Positions 50,774-59,939 of a stretch of DNA of 64,000 bases are shown here, one piece after another. Under the pieces are notes generated by a model, which saw only the letters and a list, made by a program, of their open reading frames with translations, had not been told where the DNA came from and searched no databases. The stretch is from an uncultured cyanobacterium. Its GTDB lineage: Bacteria; Cyanobacteriota; Cyanobacteriia; Cyanobacteriales; CAWCAG01. Within the stretch, counting starts at the first letter, position 1, and each line of letters starts with the position of its first letter. Location: contig CAWCAG010000005.1 of assembly GCA_963793425.1 (NCBI GenBank), positions 384,001 through 448,000 of the forward strand, in the 5' to 3' direction. The position numbers were made by a program, and so were the translations under genes.

Positions 50774-51520
50774 ATGTCTCAACTACCAACAACCTTAGAT
50801 GATGCGATCGCCCAGGCTAAACAAGCAACTCAAAAAGCTCTTAATGATGGTCATAGCTGCGTACAAATTGAATTAGTCTTAGCAGAAATAGCTCTTCAAG
50901 CTCAATATATTGCCAAGAAATTCACCCCCATACTCTCAGAATATGGTTCAGGCTTAAAAGTTTTTTTTCCTGACACAGGGGCGGCTGCTTTAGCACGTCG
51001 AGATTGGGGAGATGTACCCTTTAAAATTGAAGATATTGGTACTAGTCGCTCTCCCATAACCAGAAGAATTAGTCCAGAAGATCAAGCCTTCCTGGTTGTC
51101 AGTCCTTCATCAGTAGAAGTAGGAGAAGTAGAAAAACTTTGTAACCTGGCAGAAGATCGTCCTGTAATTATTCTTATTCCTCAGCTAGAAAACGTTTCTA
51201 TCGTCGGCATCGGCTATGCAGCCCGTCAATTGAGGGAGCGCTTCCTCAGCAATCTTTTTACTTGCTACTATGTTAGAACCTTAGAAGGGGCTGCCCTGAC
51301 ACGGTTTTATCCCTCTCCTTGGCAGGTATGGCTAGAAAAGGGAGAAGATTATGAATTAATTACTGAACTACAGCAAAAGCCTGTAGGGGAAGCATTAGAG
51401 CGTATCATCTTCTCAGCAGCTAACCCAGAGACGGATAACCAACAATCTAATTCTAATAAACCCAAGAAGAAAGGAATCTTAGCTAATATGCAAAGTTTTC
51501 TTAAAGCTTTAAGCCAATAA
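50774..51520 (+). CDS. DUF1995 family protein (LPA3-like)
   Basis: FPDTGAAALARRDWG and GIGYAARQLRERF. Confidence 0.8.
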   Translation: MSQLPTTLDDAIAQAKQATQKALNDGHSCVQIELVLAEIALQAQYIAKKFTPILSEYGSGLKVFFPDTGAAALARRDWGDVPFKIEDIGTSRSPITRRISPEDQAFLVVSPSSVEVGEVEKLCNLAEDRPVIILIPQLENVSIVGIGYAARQLRERFLSNLFTCYYVRTLEGAALTRFYPSPWQVWLEKGEDYELITELQQKPVGEALERIIFSAANPETDNQQSNSNKPKKKGILANMQSFLKALSQ

Positions 51521-51826
51521 GATAATTTTGTACTGCTACTTATTCAAATACCTGTTACCTTAGCTAGCTTTGTTTAATCGCCGAATCATGAAGTAAATGG
51601 TGACAATAATTAGGGCGATGATGAAAGTAAAAGCTGATATGTTGACAGTTGGTTTTCAAATTTTCTCCTGCTAGGATAGTAGTTGAGAATAAGGTATAGA
51701 TGACAGCGTTTGTTTTTATTTAGTATTGACAGGTTTCTTCCCGTTTAGTATTGATAGACTTCTGTTGCGAAATCTGATTTCCTCTTAATCTCGACACACA
51801 CACAGTTTTAACTTGGGACACCAACT

Positions 51827-52120
51827 ATGTCAATTTATGTAGGCAATCTCTCTTATGAGGTAACGGAAGAAGACCTCAGTAATGTTTTTGCCGAATATGG
51901 AACAGTTAAGCGGGTTCATTTACCTACAGATCGTCAAACAGGGCGTATGCGCGGCTTTGCCTTTGTGGAAATGGAATCAGAAACCGAAGAAGAAGCAGCA
52001 ATTTCTCAACTGGATGGGGCAGAGTGGATGGATCGCGAAATCAAAGTGAATAAAGCTAAACCCAGGGAAAGCGGTGGCGGTGGTGGTGGCGGCCGCAGAA
52101 ATGATCGCTCTCGCTACTAA
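51827..52120 (+). CDS. rbp: RRM RNA-binding protein (Rbp family) with Gly-rich tail
   Basis: IYVGNL (RNP2) and RGFAFVEM (RNP1). Confidence 0.95.
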   Translation: MSIYVGNLSYEVTEEDLSNVFAEYGTVKRVHLPTDRQTGRMRGFAFVEMESETEEEAAISQLDGAEWMDREIKVNKAKPRESGGGGGGGRRNDRSRY

Positions 52121-52175
52121 AGCATCCTAAGTGATTAATCAATTAAATCGACATAAAGAAAGAGGTCTTCAAGCA

Positions 52176-52214
52176 TAAATAGGGACGTAGTGTTTGTACC
52201 TGCGTCCCTATTTA
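52176..52214. terminator. Hairpin between convergent rbp and PII genes (bidirectional terminator or REP-like)
   Basis: taaatagggacgtag ... ctgcgtccctattta. Confidence 0.65.
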
Positions 52215-52232
52215 GGGAAAATTAGGTTTAAA

Positions 52233-52634
<402 letters not shown>

Positions 52635-52645
52635 TTAAAGTTTTT

Positions 52646-52659
52646 GTAGCTTCTAATAC
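52646..52659. promoter_or_regulatory. NtcA binding site upstream of the PII gene
   Basis: Perfect GTA-N8-TAC (GTAGCTTCTAATAC) about 75 bp upstream of the start. Confidence 0.65.
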
Positions 52660-52681
52660 TTTGCTCAAAAATCCCCTTCAT

Positions 52682-53035
52682 TTAAAGAAAACGGCTGGTA
52701 ACGCGACCAAGAATTTGCTGAGAATCAACTAATCCAAAAGAGCGGCTATCAGTGCTAGCTAAAGTATTATCTCCTTTAAGGAAACAGGAACCATCTTCAA
52801 ATACTTTAGTCACTCTTTTAATTAAGCGTAAGTTGGCTAAATAAGGATGTTCAGCAACAACCAAATCCCCCAGCTTCGGTAGCTTGTTTTTATAAGCCCT
52901 GGTATCAACCAGAATCTCTTCCCCTGGTTGAAGCAAGGGTAACATAGAAACTCCTGTTACCCTAAACCGCCAGCGCTTCCTGAGCAGCCAAAGCAGTAGT
53001 TCTTTGGTGCTGCTTTCCCTTAATTCCCTACCCAT
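52682..53035 (-). CDS. sodX: Ni-SOD maturation protease SodX
   Basis: S26-like GVSMLP, LIKRV and GDN..STDSRSFG; directly downstream of sodN. Confidence 0.92.
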   Translation of the reverse strand: MGRELRESSTKELLLWLLRKRWRFRVTGVSMLPLLQPGEEILVDTRAYKNKLPKLGDLVVAEHPYLANLRLIKRVTKVFEDGSCFLKGDNTLASTDSRSFGLVDSQQILGRVTSRFL

Positions 53036-53058
53036 TTTCCCTATAACTTAAGAAAATC

Positions 53059-53122
53059 AGAAACTAGGCTTCTTAATCGCTCCCCAGAGTTTTTGAGATA
53101 ACAACCAAGTAGCCCCGTTTCT
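53059..53122. repeat. Degenerate AGAAAC..GTTTCT-type inverted repeat between sodN and sodX
   Basis: agaaactaggcttctt ... aagtagccccgtttct. Confidence 0.4.
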
Positions 53123-53145
53123 ATAATTCTAAGCTAATAAATTAA

Positions 53146-53619
53146 TTAGCTAGCTTTAACCCAAGCAACATCACGTTCTTTGCTTGCCCAGAACATATCA
53201 TGAATCTTATGTACAGCATCCAAAAGTTCATTGGCGTGTTGTGAGCTGACTTCTACTTTACAAGAAGAGCAGAGTTTAGCTGCTTTCCAGAAAGTGTCAT
53301 GTAAATCAGGATACTTATCTAAGTGTACTGGCTTAAAGTAGTCAGTCCAGAGAATGAGTATTTCTTCTTTAGCTTTTTGAGCTTGCTCTTCTTTAATCGC
53401 TACATAGCGAGAGAAGGTGTTGTTATAAGCAACTAAAGCTTTTTTGTCGCTAGGATCAGGAACTTCAAGATCGAGAAGCTTTTTAGTCATGGAAACTACA
53501 GCTTCTGTATAAATTCTAGCAGCAGCAGGATCATAAACACCGCAAGGTCCATCGCAGTGAGCGCTTACTTCCTGAGCTGGAAAGCAATTTTTTATTATTG
53601 AAGCAAATTTTTTGAGCAT
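53146..53619 (-). CDS. sodN: Nickel superoxide dismutase precursor
   Basis: Leader followed by the Ni-hook HCDGPCGVYDP; LWTDYFK. Confidence 0.97.
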   Translation of the reverse strand: MLKKFASIIKNCFPAQEVSAHCDGPCGVYDPAAARIYTEAVVSMTKKLLDLEVPDPSDKKALVAYNNTFSRYVAIKEEQAQKAKEEILILWTDYFKPVHLDKYPDLHDTFWKAAKLCSSCKVEVSSQHANELLDAVHKIHDMFWASKERDVAWVKAS

Positions 53620-53775
53620 GGTATTTATCTTGTTCGCTAGTTTGTAAGTGCTGTCTGCAAATATTTTCGCACAGAGAGGTGTGTAATCACTTACCATTTA
53701 ATATCCCCCCCCTACCCATCTAGCTTAATGTGATTCAGGTAAGGGAGCAAGGTTATGAATTGTTACGTTGAGAAG

Positions 53776-54573
53776 CTATAGGGTTAGAGGAACTTCGGCT
53801 TTTTTACCCCGTAGCAAGTCTGTAATTTCGTCTGTGTATTGATGAAACTGCTTGAGACGCTTGGTTTGATAGTCGCGTTTTTGAGGTAAATCAATAGCCA
53901 CCTCTGTTTGGATTTTACCAGGGCTAGGGGTGAGGACATAGACTCGTTGGGAGAGAAATACGGCTTCTGCTACATCGTGGGTAATCATTAAAATCGTCGT
54001 ACCAGTACGCTGCCAAATATCCAATAGGAATAGTTGCATATTCTCTTTTGTTTGTATATCCAAAGCCCCAAAAGGTTCATCCAGCAAAAGAATTTTGGGC
54101 TGGCAGGCTAAAGCACGGGCGATCGCAACTCTTTGTTTCATGCCCCCGGATAGTTGTTTGGGATAAGCTTTAGCAAATTGGCATAAGCCGACGATATCTA
54201 GGTAATGGGCAGCAAGTTCTTTCCTTGCTTTTTTCGCCATTCCCTGAAGTTTGAGGCCAAATTCTACATTACCAGCTACTGACAGCCAAGGATAAAGGGT
54301 ATATTTCTGGAATACCATACCACGGTCTGAACCTGGCCCTGTTACTTGAACTTCATCAACCATAATCTTTCCGGCTGTAGGCATTTCTAAGCCGGCAACT
54401 AGCCTTAATAAAGTTGATTTTCCTGATCCTGAAGCCCCAACAACACAGATAAATTCTCCTGTTTCTACGTGCAGGTTAATATCTTGCAGGGCTAAAAAAG
54501 AGCCTTTACCCGTAAGAAATTTTTTCTCTAAATGACAAATTTCTAAGTGCATAATGTTTTTTGCTAATGGCAT
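53776..54573 (-). CDS. ABC transporter ATPase (NrtD/TauB class)
   Basis: GASGSGKST, LSGGMKQR and LLDEPFGALD. Confidence 0.93.
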   Translation of the reverse strand: MPLAKNIMHLEICHLEKKFLTGKGSFLALQDINLHVETGEFICVVGASGSGKSTLLRLVAGLEMPTAGKIMVDEVQVTGPGSDRGMVFQKYTLYPWLSVAGNVEFGLKLQGMAKKARKELAAHYLDIVGLCQFAKAYPKQLSGGMKQRVAIARALACQPKILLLDEPFGALDIQTKENMQLFLLDIWQRTGTTILMITHDVAEAVFLSQRVYVLTPSPGKIQTEVAIDLPQKRDYQTKRLKQFHQYTDEITDLLRGKKAEVPLTL

Positions 54574-54601
54574 TTATAGCAGTTCTTTACTTGTATTATT
54601 A

Positions 54602-55399
54602 TTAATCAAATGCCCATTTACAACTGATTCTTAATAACCAACGGAAGGATAAATCGATGGCGAAACCAATTAAACCAAGGACAATTAAACAAGCAAATAT
54701 TTCGTCGGTTTTAAGGAACTTTTGAGCTAACAAAATGCGTTTACCTAAACCATCTTCGGCAGCAATTAATTCAGCAACTACTACTAAGTTCCAAGAAGCA
54801 GCCATATTAATACGTAAAGCATCAATAATATTAGGTACGATGTAAGGAGTTATGACTTGGAATAAGATTTGGTGGCGCAGTCCCCCCAAAGTATAGGTCG
54901 TTTCAATTAAGTCCTTGGGAACAAATTTTACTGCATCCATAATCATCAGAATATTAAAAAAGACTGTTCCAATAAAAATTAGGGCGATTTTCGACTCTTC
55001 ATTAATATCCAAATAAATAATTAACAGAGGTACAAAAGCAGGTGCAGGCATATAACGAACAATGCCAATTATCGGCTCTAATAAAGCACGAATACTAGGA
55101 AATGTCCCCATAGCAATACCCACAGGTATTGCCACAATGACGATAAAGAAAAAGCCAATTCCTACCCGAAAAACGCTAGCCAAAGTATCTTTAATTAAGA
55201 AACCTTTCTCCCAAAGCCGAACAAAAGCGGCTCCCACATCTTGGGGGCTAGGAAGAAAAACTCCTTGTATTCCCCCGTAATTGGAAATTAACCACCAAGT
55301 ACAAAAAGGAATAATGACAGAAAGGGAAAGCAAAAACAGATTCAATGAACGGGGAATGTCTTCGGTGATACGCCAAAATACAGATTTACCATTAAACAT
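54602..55399 (-). CDS. ABC transporter permease (SsuC/TauC class)
   Basis: FLPSP, RYMPAPAF and SWNLVVVAELIAA. Confidence 0.92.
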   Translation of the reverse strand: MFNGKSVFWRITEDIPRSLNLFLLSLSVIIPFCTWWLISNYGGIQGVFLPSPQDVGAAFVRLWEKGFLIKDTLASVFRVGIGFFFIVIVAIPVGIAMGTFPSIRALLEPIIGIVRYMPAPAFVPLLIIYLDINEESKIALIFIGTVFFNILMIMDAVKFVPKDLIETTYTLGGLRHQILFQVITPYIVPNIIDALRINMAASWNLVVVAELIAAEDGLGKRILLAQKFLKTDEIFACLIVLGLIGFAIDLSFRWLLRISCKWAFD

Positions 55400-55473
55400 T
55401 GAACATTAATCATTAAACATTTATCTTCTATTCTTTAAGTAATAGGTAACAAATTAAACCTATTACCTATTAC

Positions 55474-56514
55474 CTATGATTCTGTATAAGCTTTAACAAA
55501 TTGGTCATCTAAAATCTTTTCTAAATCAGGTGCTTCTTCAATAAAACCAACATCCACCATAAAATCAGCCATTTTCTTGGCTGCGTAGGGCATATTCTTC
55601 ATAGAATCCCCAGGACTAAATGCTTCTAGGTTATCTTCTAGGGTAAACATTTTTGTTCCTTCTTTGAACTGTTGAAGTTCTTCAACGCTAACATCTGCAC
55701 GATTAGCCATGATTTCGTCAGCTTTTTCCGGGTTTTTTTCCATAAAGTCGAGGATATCAAACCAAGTATTAACTAAAGCTTGAACTTGCTCTGGTTGTTC
55801 ATCTATTAATTTTTGGGTAACTACTAATAAATCAGGTATTGCCCCAGGAAACTCTTTAGAACTAATTAACTCTTTGCTCCCTTCTCGTTTCAACGCCGTA
55901 AGCCAAAAAGGTGGGAATGCTCCCACCGCATCAGTTTTACCCGCCGCAAAAGCTGCTGCGGCTGCCCCTGTTTCGAGGTTAACTATTTTGACATCATCCC
56001 TCGACATTCCTGCTTCTTCTAAAGCGAGGGTGAGGAGGAAATCATCTACAAGTCCTTCTTCAACAGCAACTTCTTTCCCTTTTAAGTCTTCGATGGTGTT
56101 GATGTCTTCTGTGACAATAATTTTGTCATTACCCGCTGAATTATCATTCACCAATACTGCCACCTCACCGTCTATGGCTTCTCCAGCAAAGGAAATGGTA
56201 TCGTTTAGGGTTTGACAGTTACCATCAATTTGTCCAGCCGCCAAAGCGTTCATAGATTCTAAATAGCCATCAAACCACTTCATCTCAACATTGGCATTAT
56301 TTTTCTCAAATAACCCTTCTTCCTCTGCGATCGCCCAAGGCCACCAACCAGCCCAGTTACTATAACCGATAACAATGGGAGCAGAAGAAGATGGGCTAGT
56401 AGTGCTTGTATCTGTATCAGTTGGGTTGCTTTCGGGAGAGCGAGAGCAACTAACCGCCACCACTAAACTCAAGCAAAAAACTGCACAGAGGGAAAGAAAT
56501 TTTCGCTTTGTCAT
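55474..56514 (-). CDS. ABC substrate-binding lipoprotein, guanidine-transporter (Sll1080-like) family
   Basis: Lipobox AVSC; GYSNWAGWWPW, QTLNDT and NDNSAGNDKI motifs. Confidence 0.8.
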   Translation of the reverse strand: MTKRKFLSLCAVFCLSLVVAVSCSRSPESNPTDTDTSTTSPSSSAPIVIGYSNWAGWWPWAIAEEEGLFEKNNANVEMKWFDGYLESMNALAAGQIDGNCQTLNDTISFAGEAIDGEVAVLVNDNSAGNDKIIVTEDINTIEDLKGKEVAVEEGLVDDFLLTLALEEAGMSRDDVKIVNLETGAAAAAFAAGKTDAVGAFPPFWLTALKREGSKELISSKEFPGAIPDLLVVTQKLIDEQPEQVQALVNTWFDILDFMEKNPEKADEIMANRADVSVEELQQFKEGTKMFTLEDNLEAFSPGDSMKNMPYAAKKMADFMVDVGFIEEAPDLEKILDDQFVKAYTES

Positions 56515-56531
56515 TACTTAATAAATAGTCC

Positions 56532-57305
56532 TTACAAGTTAGAAAAAATATTTGCTGTGGCTAACAATTCTCCTGTGTCTAACCAATCTGTTGCTGAAAA
56601 TAACCCAGTGAACCACAAACTCATCATAGTTGCAGTACGAGTTGTTGTGGTTTCGAGCCAGTCGAACCAAGCTTCTAAGCCAATACCTGTTTTAGCAGAA
56701 ATGGGAAGAATGGTAACATCAGGATTGATTTTGCGAATGTTAGCAGCCATTTGAGCAATATCTACATCTAAGTACGGAGCCAAATCTATTTTTGTTAGTA
56801 GTAAACAATCTGCTGCTTGGAACATAGCTGGATATTTAAGGGGCTGGTCTTCTCCTTCTGTGATGCTTAAAAGAGCAACCTTAGCGTGTTCTCCTATTGC
56901 TAATTCTGCTGGACAAACCAAATTACCAATATTTTCTACTAAGACTAACTCTAAGTTAGAAGGGTCATGGTTTTGCAATAAGGTTTTAATTCCACCAGCA
57001 ACCATTTTGGAGTCTAAACGGCAGTAGGGCTTGGTTTGAATGGCAATAACCGGAACATCATATTGACGCAATTTTTGGGCATCTAATTCTGTATTAATAT
57101 CTCCTTCAATAATCGCTATTTGCAGCTCCTTACTTAATGCCGCTAGGGTACTTTCTAACAGCGCCGTTTTGCCAGCTCCTGGAGCGCTTATCATGTTGAC
57201 GCAGCTAATTCCCCACTCATCAAAATGAGCGCGATTACGCTCTGCTTCTGCTTGGTTGAGATGAAGTAGATGGGTTTCCCAAGCTGCGTCTAAAGTTTGG
57301 TGCAT
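56532..57305 (-). CDS. hypB: HypB/GhaB-like nickel-insertion GTPase
   Basis: [20 protein letters not shown]-terminus; [22 protein letters not shown] and TKID. Confidence 0.88.
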   Translation of the reverse strand: MHQTLDAAWETHLLHLNQAEAERNRAHFDEWGISCVNMISAPGAGKTALLESTLAALSKELQIAIIEGDINTELDAQKLRQYDVPVIAIQTKPYCRLDSKMVAGGIKTLLQNHDPSNLELVLVENIGNLVCPAELAIGEHAKVALLSITEGEDQPLKYPAMFQAADCLLLTKIDLAPYLDVDIAQMAANIRKINPDVTILPISAKTGIGLEAWFDWLETTTTRTATMMSLWFTGLFSATDWLDTGELLATANIFSNL

Positions 57306-57472
57306 TTTGACAAAGATTCTCCCGCTTGATATGACGAATTGAAGCTGGTAGATGACCTGACGCTTTGATAACAAAAATCCTTTTAATATCCCCATTAAGA
57401 AAATGGGTATTTTGAGATAGTAACCTGGAATTTAAAATCTGGAGCTAAGTGTTAAGTAAAGTTACTAATTTT

Positions 57473-59035
57473 TTATTCATTTACTCTCACTAGACGAATC
57501 TCTGTACGTTGTTGTTGAGGAGATTCCGGAGGAAGATTAGGGACTGGAGAGTCAAAACCTTTTCCTTCTGCTACTAAGTTGTGGCTTAATCCCTTATTTT
57601 TTAAATATTGCACTACAACATCAGCCCTAGCTTTACTCAACTTTTGATTAACATCACTAGGGCCTGTTTTGGAAGTATGACCAATAATTCTTACTGCAAC
57701 GGTTTGGGTATTAAATTCTTTGATTTCTGAGCTTAATTTATCTAACGTTTGCTGCCCTTCAGGGGTTAATTGAGCCGAACCTGTGGTAAAGTTAACTTCA
57801 CCCCTAACTTTTAAGTTACCAATATCTGGGGCTTGGGAAATTTCTTCTGGCTGCAATTGTTTGGTATTTTCAGCAATAGTGTTACCTTTACCAAGTAATT
57901 TATTAGCTAGTTCAGGATTATCAGCTTTAACTAAATTAACTAAAGATTCGCTATTGTCGGCTGCTTTTTTAATTAACTCAGCAGTAAATAGCTGTTCGGG
58001 ATTTTGGGGAACATTGTTAATTCTTCCTGCTAATGCCAATGTTGCTGCGGTAGAGGTGATTCTTTGAGCAAGGTTGCCCTGATTCATCCAATCCCTAGCT
58101 TCTAATGAGGTGAAAAAATCTATCCCCTCCAAAACAGATTTAGCTTCATTAGTCGGCAAATCACCATCTTTGGCAATTTGGGCTTGTAATTGAGAAGGTT
58201 GACTGACATTACTGTCAATACGGCGATAATAAGCTGCTAATAGTTCAGAAATTTTTTCTGGTTGAGATTCAATAACACGATTACTGGCCGCAATCACGTC
58301 CACAATGGCGTTAGGGGCATCTTCGCTTGATAAGACCACAGTATAGCCTTTTTGCCGAGCTTGGGTAACATAGGGTTCCCAAATAACTGCTACTGCTACA
58401 TCTTTGCTTGGATCTTGCAATAATTCCCAAGCTTCTGAGGCATCAGCAACTTTAATAATTTCAAAGTCAGCGAGGTTAAAAGCTTCAAATTTAGTACTTA
58501 AAACCAAAGCTAAATACTCACTGGGGGTATCTCCTGCATAGGCAATACTCAAGGTTTTGTTTTGACTTCTGGCTTGGGCTTGAAGTTTACTAAGATCCAG
58601 AAGAGATTTGAGGTTAGGATATTTAGGAGTATTTAGGACTACTGCATCTGCCCCAATGGTACGATCAATCAGACCAACAATTTTGGCTTCGGGTTGATGT
58701 TGAAGATATTGATCTAAGGTTGTTACCAATAAATCTGCTTGACCTTTATTAAGCATCTCGGCACGTAAGGATTGGTCAAATTCATTTTGGTAATCAAGAC
58801 TTAACCCAGTTTCTTGTAGTGCCGCTTGGAAGTCTGCGCTACGAAAAGTACTATAGCCGCTAAAAGTGTCTCCCAAGATGGTAAATTTCCCTTCAGCAGG
58901 ATTATTATCAGCTACGTTGCCAATAGATATTCCACCTGGCTTGAATTGGGTGAGAAAAAAATAACCACCGCCAAGAAAACCGGCGGTAATTAACAATGCC
59001 AGAATTAATACAATGGGATTGTCTTGCTTGTTCAT
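57473..59035 (-). CDS. Substrate-binding domain fused to an OmpA-like peptidoglycan-binding domain
   Basis: N-terminal TM; DRTIGADAVV and WEPY SBP motifs; F..GSAQL, IIGHT, NQKLSKARA and QRTEI OmpA motifs. Confidence 0.8.
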   Translation of the reverse strand: MNKQDNPIVLILALLITAGFLGGGYFFLTQFKPGGISIGNVADNNPAEGKFTILGDTFSGYSTFRSADFQAALQETGLSLDYQNEFDQSLRAEMLNKGQADLLVTTLDQYLQHQPEAKIVGLIDRTIGADAVVLNTPKYPNLKSLLDLSKLQAQARSQNKTLSIAYAGDTPSEYLALVLSTKFEAFNLADFEIIKVADASEAWELLQDPSKDVAVAVIWEPYVTQARQKGYTVVLSSEDAPNAIVDVIAASNRVIESQPEKISELLAAYYRRIDSNVSQPSQLQAQIAKDGDLPTNEAKSVLEGIDFFTSLEARDWMNQGNLAQRITSTAATLALAGRINNVPQNPEQLFTAELIKKAADNSESLVNLVKADNPELANKLLGKGNTIAENTKQLQPEEISQAPDIGNLKVRGEVNFTTGSAQLTPEGQQTLDKLSSEIKEFNTQTVAVRIIGHTSKTGPSDVNQKLSKARADVVVQYLKNKGLSHNLVAEGKGFDSPVPNLPPESPQQQRTEIRLVRVNE

Positions 59036-59068
59036 TATGAGAAGGTAGCAGGGAGTAAGGAAGGGAAT

Positions 59069-59737
59069 TTAGGGGTCATAGGAATTACCCATTCTATCGA
59101 CAAAAACATTATGGGATAAAGGTAAACGGCCAGGATTTAAACGGGATTGAGCAGCATAACCTACAGGTACAAGCAAAGCGATCGCAATATCTGGCTCATC
59201 TGCTACTCCAATTACTTCTTTAACTTTATCTTCTAACCAGCCATTCATCGGACAGGTTGATAAACCTAAGCTTTGAGCAGCTAACATTAAATGAGTAGCG
59301 GCGATCATAGCATCCTTGATGGCGTACTCTCGTCTTTTCTCTCCTAGTTTTTCCTGGAACTGAGGAATCGCTTTCTGAAAATATTCTACTGTTTGAGTTG
59401 TCCAAGCACCTTTTTCCAGGGCAATGTCGTAAATTTTAGGTAAATCTGTTCGCCAAGCTTTTGTATCGGCAGCAAAAACGAAAGTTACCGGGGCTTGAAT
59501 AATTTGTTCTTGTCCCCAAGCAGCCTCTGCAAGTGCCTGACGCTGGCTTTGGTCTTGAACCAAAATTATACGCCAGTCCTGCAAATTATAACTACTGGGG
59601 GCAGCTACGGTTAACTCCACAATTTTTTTGATTAGGGCAGAATCAAGGGGATCAGATTTGAAACTTTTAATCGCACGACGTTGAGTGATCGCGGTTGGTA
59701 CATCTAACGGAGTTTGAGAGGTCAGATCATTTATCAT
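59069..59737 (-). CDS. Nitroreductase family protein
   Basis: RRAIKSF, APSSYNLQDW and LGLSTCPMNG. Confidence 0.92.
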   Translation of the reverse strand: MINDLTSQTPLDVPTAITQRRAIKSFKSDPLDSALIKKIVELTVAAPSSYNLQDWRIILVQDQSQRQALAEAAWGQEQIIQAPVTFVFAADTKAWRTDLPKIYDIALEKGAWTTQTVEYFQKAIPQFQEKLGEKRREYAIKDAMIAATHLMLAAQSLGLSTCPMNGWLEDKVKEVIGVADEPDIAIALLVPVGYAAQSRLNPGRLPLSHNVFVDRMGNSYDP

Positions 59738-59939
59738 TTATTATTTGTCATTAAACATTTGTCGCTCATGATAACGTTTCTTCTCTATTTCTTCCCGGTT
59801 TTTTGCTAAATTAACCATTAACTATTGGTGACAAGTTAAACTACTGCCTGTAGCCTACGGCAAGGAAGTGCGCCAACCCTTCTCCCTTCTCCCTACCCTC
59901 ACCGATAACTTATGCTATTTAAACAGGATTTGGTATGAG

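Noticed and set aside
53705..53712. C8 homopolymer upstream of sodN as a phase-variable promoter
   Set aside because: Short tract, and no promoter elements could be placed around it with confidence
57306..57470. Guanidine-I or NiCo riboswitch upstream of hypB
   Set aside because: Conserved motifs not found; only a short cccatt/aatggg hairpin and a weak AAGCGGGAG
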